Assembly: GCA_029953675.1 (NCBI GenBank)
Contig: JAMWBK010000001.1
Coordinates: 744,001 to 808,000, forward strand
Length of the DNA stretch: 64,000 nt
DNA from: Rhodosorus marinus CCMP1338
Taxonomy: Eukaryota > Plantae > Rhodophyta
Direction of reading: 5' to 3'
Position 1 is the first letter of the stretch. Each line of letters begins with the position of its first letter. The position numbers were made by a program, and so were the translations under genes. This document shows positions 48,332 to 59,968 of the stretch, piece by piece. The notes under the pieces are model-generated. The model saw nothing but the letters and a program-made list of their open reading frames with translations, was not told the DNA's origin and ran no database searches.

Positions 48332-50909
48332 GCCATATTCATATTACGATACTAATTTCAACGGTTTTGCCCGAAATTGTGCCCTATCTGCAAGTCAATT
48401 CGTCGATTCCAACCGGGCTGCTCAACTATTGATGCCTTATGCAAGCCCTATGGCCCTATGCCAAGGTGTTCTTCGGTGAACTCTAGGAGCAGGTGACATG
48501 TTGTGAAATGGATGGGATAGAGTACGAGCTTGTAAAACGCTTCTGCTGGATGGTTAAGGGAGTAAGAACACTGAATATGGTCGAACAAGGGTGCTATGGC
48601 GGAGGTGTGGTTGAAGGGCATCCGTCTGCGGTTTCGAACCTTACGTCTTAGCTATTGTTTATCACGCACCCCTTGATCAAGCGAAGAGTTCTTCGTGTTT
48701 AGGGAGCTGAGATGTACTGTGATTGTTCAACTCGTTCATTGTTGCAGTCGGTTGTAACCAGGAGAGTTGAGGTCGAGAGCCTCCCCGGAGATGTTGGATG
48801 CGGCATCTTTTTCTTGGCTTGTTTATGTTTGGTTTTGCGGCTTACCACACCCGTTTACTACGCGTTGAGACCCTTTCTGTTGCGGAGCACCTCTTCTACT
48901 CCCACTTTTTGTCTTAGTTTTCATGCTCTCAGGCTTGTTGTCTGAATATACAATGATGAGGTTGTACTAATACAAGTATGTTTTAGTGAACATCGACTTT
49001 CTACCGCAGTCCTTTGGTTCCTCGAATTATTTCAGGACCTGCCCGATCTCCATTTATTGCTTGCTTTGGCATGTGCAAAACTATGAGAAGCGGATGCGGA
49101 AGGAGTGCCAAGTATCTCTTCGGTTTCTCCGAGCTTGGTTTTCTCCTCTAAGATCGTGTCCGCGATATCAGGATCAAGATGTGCTGAAGTATCGAACTCA
49201 TCAGCACCTGGAACAGAATTTTGTTTTCCTTTCCTGATCCGTTCTGGGAGCTGCTAAAACCATTGTTTCCCCGGTGCGCATTGACTCTACCTCAAAGTTG
49301 CAATCGTGTATGCAGTCGAATGCTCATCATCATCCGTTTATTCAGAGCCTAAGTACCCAGAGGAAAAGCAAGCGTTCCGTGAATTTCTGCTCAAAGCTTT
49401 TCCGCCAAGCTCTCTTCCCGAAGCAAGTCGGTCTCACAGACTATATCCCACTGTGAATTTTAATTTAATAATTCATTATAGCGCTAGACCGTTGATTTCT
49501 CTTCATAATACGAATGTCCTTCAAAATAGGGAATTTTATAAACAAAAACAACACAAATATAGGGCATGAGTTAAGAATATATCTACCACATAGGGCATGG
49601 AAATGGCACTAAAAAATGGCCCTGCGGCCCTATGAAAATGGTTCAGAATCGAGGGGTACCCCTCGAGTTCTTTTTCATTATGGGGATCCCTATCGAAACT
49701 TACAAAGGGCTATTTCACTGCCCTATGTTGTAGATATATTCTTAATTCATGCCCTATGTTTGTGTTGTTTTTGTTTATAAAATTCCGTATTTTGAAGGAC
49801 ATTCGTATTATGAAGAGAAATCAACTTCCTATCGCGATAATGAATTATTAAATTAAAATTCACAATAACATACGTAGTCTGACTGCATACACGACTGCAA
49901 CTATTGAGGTAGACTTTGAAAACAAATTCTGTACCAGATTTTGATGAGCTCGATACTTCAGCACATATTGATCCCAGAACGGAGCAGGAAGGGAAGACTT
50001 GAAAACAAATTCTGTTCCAGAAGATGCTGAGTTCGATACTTCAGTACATCTTGATCCTGATATCTCGGACACGATCTTAGAGGAGAAAACCAAGCTCGGA
50101 GAAACCGAAGAGATACTTAGCACTCCTTCCGTATCCGCTTCTCAAAGTTTTGCACGGGCCGAAGCAAGCAATAAATGGAGATCGGGCAGGTCCTGAAATA
50201 ATTCGAGGAATCAAAGGACTGCAGTAGAAAGTCGATGTTCACTGGAACATACTTCTAGTAGTACAACCTCATCATTGTATATTCAGACAACAAGCCTGAG
50301 AGCATGATAACTAAGACAAAAAGTGGGAGTAGAAGAGGTGCTCCGCCACAGAAGGGTCTCTACGCGTGGTCAACGGGTGTGGTAAGCCACAAAACCAAAC
50401 ATAAACAAGCCAAGAAAAACATGCCGTAGCCAGCTTCTCCGGGGAAGCTCTCGACCTCAACTCTCCTGGTTACAATCGAGTGCAACAATGAACGAGTTGA
50501 ACTATCACAGTACATCTCAGCTCCCTAAACACGAGGAGCTCTTCGCTTGATCAAGTGGTGCATGATAAAACAATAGCTAAAACGTAAGGTTCGAAACCAC
50601 AGACGAATGTACTTCAACCACACCTCCGCCATAGCACCCTTGTTCGACCATGTTCAGTGTTCTTACTCCCTTAACCATCCAGCAGAAGCGTTTTACACGC
50701 TCGCACCCTATCCCATCCATTTCACAACTTCTCATCTGCTCCTAGAGTTTGCACCGAAGAACACCTTGGCATAGGGCCATAGGGCTTGCATAGGGTTTAC
50801 TATAGGCCATAAATGTTGAGCAAACCGGTTGGAATCGACGAATTGACCTGCAGATAGGGCACAATTTCGGGCAAAACCGTTGAAATTAGTATCGTAATAT
50901 GAATAGGGC
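48332..50909. repeat. Palindrome 1: about 2.58-kb fold-back (unit copy 1 +, copy 2 -) centred on a perfect 18-bp palindrome at 49649-49666
   Basis: 48332-49320 is the reverse complement of about 49875-50909 (66/71 identical in one checked segment). 49452-49610 mirrors 49705-49864. The centre is TCGAGGGGTACCCCTCGA. Confidence 0.95.
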
Positions 50910-50920
50910 AGATAGGGCCG

Positions 50921-52550
50921 ACCCTATGCATAGAGCGATACTAATTTCAGTGGCTTTGCCCCTTGAATTATGCCCTATGCATGCTCGATGGCCCTATGTC
51001 AAGGTGTGCTTCATACCTCTATGAGCAGCTGAGGAGTTATGAAATGGATGGGATAGAGATCGCGCTTGTAAGATCGATTCTGTTGGGATGGTTAAGGGAG
51101 TATGAACACTGAATATGGTCGAACAAGGGTGCTATGGCGGAGGTGTGGTTGAAGTACATTCCGTCTGCGATTTCGAATCAGACGTTTTAATTATTTTTTT
51201 ATATCATCCACCACTTGATCAAGCGATGGAGCTGTAAGTGTTTAGAGATGTACCGTGCTTGTTGAATGCGTTCCTTGTTGGGAGTGCTATGTATCTCTTT
51301 GATTTATCCCAGCATAGCTTTCTCCTCTAGGATCGTGTCCGAGATATCAGGATCAGGATGTGCTGAAGTGTCGAGCTCGATATAGTTGATATAATTAATA
51401 TAATTGATTGATGTAATTGATAGAATTGATCGAGATGGTTAGGTGTGGCGAGCGACGACATGATGAGAGAACAGCGTCGGTGACTAACGCCCTAAGCTAC
51501 ATTCACGATTGCAAGATTGAGGTAGAGTCAATGCAAACTGGGAAAGCAACGGGTTCACCAGTTCCCAGAACGGAACCAGGAAAGGAAGACCTGAAACCAA
51601 AGTCTGTACCAGAAGATGTTGATGAGCTCGATACTTCAGCATATCTTGATCCTGATATCTCGGCACTATCCTGGAGGTCAAAGCAATAGAGATACATAGC
51701 GCTGCTTTGCATCCACGTCTCAAAGTCTTGCAGAGCCCAAAGGAAGCTATAGAGAGGATCGAACACATCCTGAAAGTATTCGAGGAATCAAAGGGCTAGC
51801 TACGTAGAAAAGTCAATGTTCACTAAAAAAAAGAAGCATGCGTGTATCAATACAACCTCATTAATGTGTATTCAGAGAGAACAAGCCTGAGAGCATGAAA
51901 ACCAAGACAGAAAGTGGGAGTAGAAGAGACGCTCCGCAACAGAAAGCAGTGAAAAAATGATCTCACCGCAATGTAAACGGGTGTGGTAAGTCACAAACCA
52001 AACATGAACACGCCAAGAAAAAAGACGCCGCAGTCAGCTTCTCCGGAGAAGCCCTCAACCTCAACTCTCTTGGCTACCACCGACTGCAACAATGAACGCG
52101 TTCAACAAGCACAGTACATCTCAGCGTTCTAAACACTTAAGAGCTAGCTCTTCCGCTTGATCAACTGGTGCATAATAGAAAAAATAGTTAAAACGTCTGA
52201 TTCAAAGCCGCAGACGGATGTACTTCAACCACACCTCCGCCATAGCACTTTTGTTCGACCATATGCAGTGTCCAAACTCCCCTAACCATCCGAACAGAAT
52301 CGATCTTACAAGCTCGAACCCTATCCCATCCATTTCACAACTCCTCAGCTTGCTCATGGAGGTTCACCACCGAAGCACACCTTGACATAGGGCCATTGGG
52401 CTCGCATAGGCCCCCTCGCATAGGGCTACTATGGGGCAGAAAAAGTAGAGCGCGCAGGTTGGAATCGACGATTTGACCATTGGATAGGGCACAATTAAGA
52501 GGCAAAACCGTTGAAACTAGTAAAGGAATATGCATAGGGCAGATAGGGCC
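50921..52550. repeat. Palindrome 2: about 1.63-kb fold-back of the same unit (internally deleted copy 3 +, copy 4 -)
   Basis: 50921-51390 repeats the start of copy 1 (e.g. GAACACTGAATATGGTCGAACAAGGGTGCTATGGCGGAGGTGTGGTTGAAG). 51505-52550 is an inverted full copy ending ATAGGGCAGATAGGGCC, as copy 2 does. Confidence 0.93.
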
Positions 52551-52562
52551 TGCCCGATTACT

Positions 52563-52598
52563 ACCCTACTAATAGTACTATTGTACTATTAGTAGGGT
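52563..52598. repeat. Perfect 16-bp hairpin with 4-nt loop at the right edge of the array
   Basis: ACCCTACTAATAGTAC-tatt-GTACTATTAGTAGGGT. Confidence 0.95.
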
Positions 52599-52644
52599 TA
52601 ATGAGGGTTCATTGGCCGGACAGGGGTCAGTCGAGTCTGAAGAT

Positions 52645-52721
52645 CGGGACTGATGATCTCCGTCCTTCGCAGCAGTGCTGTGTATGTGTAGATAAGAGGA
52701 AATAGGAGTATGCCTGACCCG
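52645..52721 (+). ncRNA. Candidate box C/D snoRNA
   Basis: CGGG-ac-TGATGA...CTGA-CCCG: box C-like and box D motifs closed by a 4-bp terminal stem, 77 nt, intergenic. No rRNA guide match recognised. Confidence 0.2.
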
Positions 52722-53206
52722 CAGCCTTCTCGTGCTGTTGTTACTTGGATCTGGTGGAGAGTAGCGACTTTTGAGAAGCTCTGGTCGAGGTAGTGCTCTT
52801 TTCTATTACTCTTACACGCAATCTGGTGGGTGATACATTGGATGTATACAAATAAGTTAGATTTACCTATTAGATTTCGCGAACACTCTACAATAAAACA
52901 AACGAGCAATACCTACTAATAGCTCATAGGGGAACAGCGTGTGAGGCAGGCTGCAGTATCTACTAGAGTGGGGCGGACGCAGGGCTGGTGGTCTCTGTCC
53001 ACAAAGAGCGGGGAAAGCTCCTTCGCTCGGCTTGCAGGTTCGCCATTCCAACTTGTACCTTTTTTCGATATATTTTCAGCTCACTTTCGGCTAATCCCTC
53101 TTCGTCTCGGACTCGGAATACCCGTGGGACTTCAGCGTCAGCTGCACTCGTCCGTTCCATTAGGAACGCCCTTGGGCTAGAACCCCTTTGTTGCAACGCA
53201 AATATA

Positions 53207-54075
53207 TTAAAGATAAACTCTCTTGAATTGCGGATCTGCCACAACTTCCACAGGAGGCGCCCCTGGAGCACCAAAGTCCTTAAGCAGGAGAGTAGAAATG
53301 AAAGCGTCGAAAACAGTGATTGACCATTGCTCTTCGTGACGTCTAACCAAGCCGTCTCCGTCAAGGAAAAACTTCGTCTTCCCTAAGAACGCCTTCACGG
53401 AAGGTTTCCAAGGCAGCCTTAGGACCCCTTCTAGACGCCACTCAGCGACGATGAGTTTATCTTCAACAATCTATTCGGAAAGAAAACAAGACCAGACCTT
53501 AGGGCTTTGTTGAGCTCTTCGAAGATACCCAGGGAACACAGCTCATGAGCTCGAGCCTCAGTTCTTATGCTACTCACCTCGATGCTTAGCAAATCACAGC
53601 GGGAAAGCCGTCTATTGAAGAGGTTGGAGGCAGCGTCCCTGTACTTCTTCAAGTCACGAATGGGCAAATCCGGGTCCGGACTATCGAAGAAGCAGTCGTC
53701 TCGATATATTTGGGATGTTAGCGCACCAGTTATATAATACTTATTAACCAAAAAATCGTCTCGAAGGATCTCAAAAACTTGCTCTGTACTCAGTTTCGTC
53801 CTCTTAAGCTCCCCGGTCTGTAAAAAGGGGCGAATATCCAACCTCTTATGCCGAGATGCCACCCAATCTGCAACTACTTTCACCGCGTCCGCAAAGTCCA
53901 CCGCCCGCCTCCTTAGGAACGGGCACTTCAACTGCTCCGCGCTCTCTCGCATTCTTTCCAGCTTATCCATACCTGTCATCGCCATCGTCAACCTCACGGA
54001 CCTCCTCATCCCAAGCGATCTTCCCCTTCGATCGGGGTTCATCGGTATTCCCCCAACAAACGACAAGTGCGACAT
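53207..54075 (-). CDS. DUF2358/SnoaL-like (NTF2-fold) plastid-type protein, 2 exons
   Basis: YYITGALTSQIYRDDCFFDSPDPD...KKYRDAASNLF|...RLEGVLRLPWKPSVKAFLGKTKFFLDGDGLVRRHEEQWSI; transit-peptide-like start MSHLSFVGG. Confidence 0.75.
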
Positions 54076-54250
54076 GTTTACGTATGCAGCAACCCTATAA
54101 TATTCCAACTTGTCTATCCCATCAATCAAAACAAGCCAACCTGTTTAACCCTAGCCCTTCCACTTCCGCCTCTCCCACCCACCTTTATGCACGGTGACTC
54201 CTGTCGGCACCCACCTCTTCTGTTCCAAGTTCTAAATACCCTGGCCCAGC

Positions 54251-54400
54251 CCGTGATTTTTCTTCAACAAATAATACAATATTACATGCTATTACTGATT
54301 ATAGGTATTTTTAGAGTTCGTATAAACCGTGATTTTTCTTCAATAAATAATATAATATTACATGCTATTACTGGTTATTGTTATTTTTAGAGTTCGCATA
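54251..54400. repeat. 76-bp AT-rich tandem duplication
   Basis: CCGTGATTTTT.CTTCAA.AAATAAT..AATATTACATGCTATTACTG.TTAT.G.TATTTTTAGAGTTCG starts at 54251 and at 54327. Confidence 0.9.
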
Positions 54401-56248
54401 TTGGCTGGAATATCTTGTTTAAACAAATATGTATATGCCACGTGTCGTCTATTTTTCTATAAGCTTTTCAATTGGATGGAATGCCAAAGTATCCACAAGC
54501 AAAAAAAAAGAAGAACCGCATCAACGGGATAGATCTCCTACAAACCAATAACGATATAATTAAATTAAAATTTCAATTTATCTATATTGTATAGAATATG
54601 TTTAGCCGATGTGTTATTCGATTTTAATAACCAATGAAAATCTTTAATATAAGTTAGTAATCCTAACATCCAATCGCAGTACTTGCCGGGTAAAATTGGG
54701 AAAAGACCACAACCGATACCCCCCACGAGTGATACCCTTCGTGCTCCTAACTGCCTCTAAAATATTCAATTTAAGAAATATGGAAAGGCGAGAACCCCCT
54801 CATCACCATTTTCGACATTTGACTGTGCAACTCTCGACCTGTTTTTCTATCTCGATGGATTATTTATATCATTTAAATCGTATGAAATATGAAATTAAGA
54901 AATATTAGTACTAATTATACGTTCTAAGAAATTAAATTGGCCACTGCCTTTTTTTGGGACAGCTCAAATTTTTTTTAGTTGTTTCAGATGTGCGTTCCTC
55001 TTTTTGGGAAGTTTTGAGGGAGAGGAAAGAAAGTGACGGATTATGTAGGGAAAATCGCTGTTTTGGTTGTTTTCTCCTCTTTTTGGTTGGGGAGGAGGAT
55101 GGGGTTTTTTGTTTATGTGAAGGAGATGATGGCGGATGTAGAGGTGTTTGGGTTTTTACGTGGACTTTTTTTTGTTTGAGTTTTACCTACTTTCTTCTTG
55201 TTGAAGAAGATTATGTGAGTGTTTGTGTGGTAATCGGAGTATCAAGTCTTTCGGGAAGTGGTCCATTTCGGGAAGTTGTTGGGGTTGAAAACGTTTTTTT
55301 GTTTTCGACTTGAGGGCATCTTGGTTTTTCGTTCCCCTTTTTGTTTTCTTTGTGAGGCTTGTTCAGCGGCTTCTGGGAAGGTTTTGTTGTGTTTTGCTGG
55401 TCTGATTTTGAGAAAAAGCACACGGGTTGATTTTGGTGCTCGGTGCTGTTGTTGTCTTGGCTGGGGTTTTCGGTTTCTGGATTTTGTGGAGCGGGAATTC
55501 GAGTTTTTAGCGTTTGTTGAATCGATCGCAGAGGAGCAAGTCGGGACTACTGAGCCGAATCTTGGCTGGTTCGTTTTCTTTCCTATTTGAAGTGAGCTTG
55601 GGTTTTATCTGGAAGATCTGCGGGGAAATTCGCCGTTCGCGAACTTTTCGCCTTGTACCAAAAATGACGATGCTTTGATGTGCTACGAACTTGAGAGGCT
55701 CATATGTGTCCTAGGGGAGAATTCTTTCAGCGGCACGGTTGACCTTCTTACGTTTCTGGGGGTGAAGTTCTGGAGAGAAGCACGGGAATGGTTTCTTTCG
55801 ACTCCACTGGCTTTTGAAGGAGCAGCGCTTTGAGGTATTTGGACTATACGATCCCCGCTGGTTGTTGGGCACAGAAGCAGATTTCGGTTTGTTTTGCAAG
55901 GGAGGAAAGCTTTGGATCGCGACTGCAAAGATATCGCCGCCTCTGGAGAAATCCGTTTTTTTTTGGAGCGCGCGCGTGGAGCCGTGTTAGGTTATTTAAG
56001 AGAGAAAACTTTGGACTTTTGATGGTGGATCGTCGGAACAAATGCATCTGTGAGAGAAGCGAAGTCGTCACCAAGGTAGAATAAGGTTGGTTGAGTATCA
56101 TGGAGACTGTTGTAATCTAGTCTGCGCTTTCATCTAAAGGAGGAGCCAGCCGAAAAGCGCAAATTTCTTACTTTAACTATTGGTGTCGTTGGCTGTGATT
56201 CAGGATTGTGAATAGGTGAGGCTACATGCAGCTGCAATTAGAGTAAAT

Positions 56249-58704
56249 ATGGAGGGCGCAGAACAAGTATCAGAACCCGTAGCGCCCAAGCGACTATCGT
56301 TTTCGAGTTTCGAGTGGTTTGAGCGAAAAAGACATCGTGGTCCCTCGAATGGAGTAGATGAGCTCAGTAAAATATTTCCAGAGGATGAGGAGGAAGGGGT
56401 GGAGAGCTCAGCGAAGCGATTCAAACGGAACCAGTCTAGGAGGTAAGCTGGCAAAGTTGATATTGTATTCTGCTTTTTCGAAGACCTCGACTGGCTTTAT
56501 CAGTTCAACTAGTAACCGTTTTCTCTTCCCTTGCTCTGATCAGATTTGGGAGGCGTGTTTTCAAACGACCACGAACTCCGCCGCCTGTAGTCAAGCCTAC
56601 AATGGCTAATAGAGTCCCGACGCCCCCGCTCGTATTAGCTCAGGACTCTACTCTAAACGAGAAGCTCTATGTTGCGAGGGAGAAAGCGAAAAAGGCTATT
56701 GGAAACCCCCAGTTCTCTCCCTTGGGGTCCTCTGTTGACCTCGTGGCCGACCTTCGTGTATCGTTTACAATACATTTGTATATCGACGGGTATACGAAAG
56801 TGGATGCGGTACCGCCTAATGGCAGTCAAGCAGCGCAGAAGCCACCGTTGAGGTATCCATACAACAGACATTCACGGGATTTTCTTCTCGCCCTTGATCT
56901 TGGTTTGATCCCCCCCCGGGAGGACCTTCCGGACCCCGGATCGTGCTCCTACGTAGCGGGTTGTTTGGTAGCGGAACTGCATGACCACCGGTCCAACACG
57001 GCAATAAGATCGAGGAAGATACTCCTGAGACCGGACGGATTGAGCATTGTGAACGATATCAACCATCTAGATGTGGCTTCAGAAGGCGAAGAATTTGTTG
57101 GCCTTTTCGTGGAGAGTGACATTCTCCGAGTGACGAAGCGGGTTGATTTAAGACCATTCGACGCGGAGCGCTTCCACCGCTATGGCTATCGGTCGAGCAC
57201 GAAGTTGAACATCTGCCGCATGCCAGGCTTTGCGAAACGACTATCCGAAGCGAGAATCCCGCTCACAAGTCAAGCCCTAGTGCTGGTGGCGGGAGCAAAC
57301 GGTAAGCTGTGGCGTTCACTCCGCGAAACCATCACCGAGCCTTCTGGCTTCTTTTAAAAATCACAGAGTGAAGTACTGAACAAAGCTGCGTTCTCTTCGT
57401 TTACTCCGCCTAGGTCTACGCAATCCTTGGCGCAAGATTCGACCGGAAAATAGGATTGCCCTTTCCTCGCCCAGGCCGACTGGAAGAGAAATTAGTGCCC
57501 CATACGGAAAGGATTTGCCGGTACCGGTAAAGCTGAACGAGTTATCCCTGAAACCCTATGCGGAAAATGGGTCACGGATTCGGCTTGTTCGGTTGCATGC
57601 GAGAACTACAAACCCTATGACTGGGGCTCCTACCGAGCACTATTATCAGCTAGAGCTTAACTTCAGGCAGAAGAAAGGCTGCGAATGTACGATTCAGAGG
57701 GGTCCAGAAAAACCCGTGGATGGCATAAAGGTAAGCGAAAGCGGCCATCCGGGCTCGCCTTGACATGGGTCTCCAACTCTTGTGGACACAGAAAGTCGAC
57801 GTGATTGCTTTTTCATTGTGCTCTTTGCGTCAATAGTGGTACTGACAAACGGTCTCTTTGTACTGTCTGTATTCTCAAGAGGAGCTTCGGAAGCGTTCGG
57901 GACGGGCACAGGTTTGTTGACCAGATGAAGAAAATCAAGAAGGCAGATGGATTCGCAATAATGTTGGATACGAACGATATGGACGCCGCTGCGATGGCTC
58001 AAAAGCTGCGGAGGTCTTCGGTCAGTGCAGGCCGTGGTTCTGATGGCGGTCCTCGGACAACCGTGGGTTCGAATGTTGTACAACAGCAGCGAACTGCACA
58101 GGAAATGCAGATGCAGAATGCTCAGCAGCGTGGAATGCCACGGGCTGCACCCAACCCAGCGACGTTCGCAAATACGATGCCAAGAGCCGCTATATCCAGG
58201 GCAGCTCTAACAGTGAACAGCTCTACTGGCTTAATGGCTGGTAACCAAGGATTTCAAGATTCGCAGCGGCAACAAAGTCAGAACCCTCAACAGAATGCGC
58301 GAAGCCAGCAGGGTAGGCAGCAGGAAATGCAAAAGTTCCTCCCGCAAGCTTACCAAATGCAGCAGTCGCAGCGCCAGCAGCAAATGCAACCGCAGTCCCA
58401 GGGTCAACAGCAGCAACAGAGACATGCTCAGGCCCAGCAGATGTCAAACAGCACACAGCAAGGCCTTGTACAGCAGCAGCAAATGGCTCGGACCTGGAAT
58501 GGTAAACAGTTTAAGCGGGAACCCGGCACAGTGACAGGCCCGGGCGCAGCCAATTCTTCGGTTCAAGGTGGTTATGCGAGACCAGGGGTTCAAAACGCCG
58601 GCAATAGTGGTGCTCCCATTAGCATGAGAGGCAAGTGGACGAACCAACGCACGACGGGACCAATATCCCCACCCCAAGGGTCTGGGTCGATGCAAAGAAA
58701 GTGA
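56249..58704 (+). CDS. SPT20: SAGA subunit Spt20-like protein with Gln-rich C-terminus, multi-exon
   Basis: SFTIHLYIDGY...YPYNRHSRDFLLALDLGLIPP...SYVAGCLVAELHDHR...KILLRPDGLSIVNDI resembles the Spt20 domain; poly-Q low-complexity tail. Confidence 0.72.
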
Positions 58705-58869
58705 AGCATCTGGGAAGTTGTCGCTTGAATTTATTGTTGAGGCATGAGGCTCTCGTGTATCGGTTGGAGACCCAGTAAGGAACTGGGGGTTATGAACAGG
58801 CCGAAGAGTTTTGTACAGAAGACGGGGAGCTCTCTTAGGATCCTTTTGGACAATCGAATTGACGGTAAT

Positions 58870-59890
58870 TGGGCTTCAATTAACGGTTTTTGTAGTGCCA
58901 GGGATGGCTGTCCAGGATGGCTGTCCCTCTGCCCTGCTCGGCAAGCAACTTGAGGAACGGAAGCCTCATTATTCTGACTGCAAGAGAGCCTCGTTCGGAG
59001 CAGTTGCTTTGCGGGCAGTTGCTTCCTAATCCCCTTGTTGTCAAGAAAGATAATAAGGGTAGGAATTTGTAATAGCGAACATGGATTAAAACAAAAAGGC
59101 GTTCGCTATCTTTTTGTTATCCGTCGAATCGCCAACCACCTAGTAGACCAGAACTGGTCCCTCATTCCGACCTCCCAAAACCAGACGCCAAACGATGAGC
59201 AAGCCGATCCGAAGTTCGCTTAGCGCGTTCCATTTTCAAAACGCCTTTGTAGTTCGGGCTTGAACACATAAGGAGCACCCTCGCTACTCGCTGCCGCCGC
59301 TGCACCGAGAGCTTTCTACTCCCCGATTCTCTTCACGGCGGTCGTTCAGCTTGGCCAAGTCTAAGGAGTTCTCATCTGACCGTTTGCCGACGTGCGATGG
59401 CAGGAGGTATCGAGTTCGAGAAAACGACGGGCTCCATAAGAAGGATGCTCTCGCGGTAGCCAAGCAGGCAGGTACATTGTTTCCATGTCTCCAAGATAAT
59501 GCAACGGCGAACATGTTGTCGCTGCATATTGTCTCTATGGGGCTCAGGACGAGATTCTGAGCACATTCAATCCAAAGCGTTCAAAGAGTGCATACTGGTG
59601 CCTAACCGATTCACAGCATCAGAACTCTTTTGAGAGGAGCGTCTTTCAACGAAGCTTGAACGTGACCGCCAGTCTTTCTCAATGAAGTACTTAGTCTTCA
59701 GTCTACAGTTCGACAGTCTTTCTGCTCGGTCAGAGGGTTTGAGCTCATCACGTGATGTCCAGGCCAGTATCCAATTGGTACAACGGGAGGGGTTTTTGCA
59801 TGAGGTCTCTTCTTCGCGCTTTAGTTGGAAGTGTGAAGATTTTGGCACCCACGTTGAGAACACTTTTAGAAGGATTTTGGGAGGTGCGTT
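58870..59890 (-). CDS. Possible hypothetical multi-exon gene
   Basis: Protein-like frames (HYLGDMETMYLPAWLPREHPSYGARRFLELD; RLPFLKLLAEQGRGTAILDSHPWHYKNR*) not joined with confidence. Confidence 0.2.
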
Positions 59891-59968
59891 GGACACTGTC
59901 CGGAGCTCGGGACCGCCTAGAGGGGAGAACTGGATGCTCGTCGTGGTTTAGGAATCGTGTAGGATCGG

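Noticed and set aside
50555-50600. GGTTCGAAACC B-box-like motif in the palindrome unit (tRNA/SINE?)
   Set aside because: No cloverleaf, poor A-box, and the motif is degenerate in copies 3 and 4.
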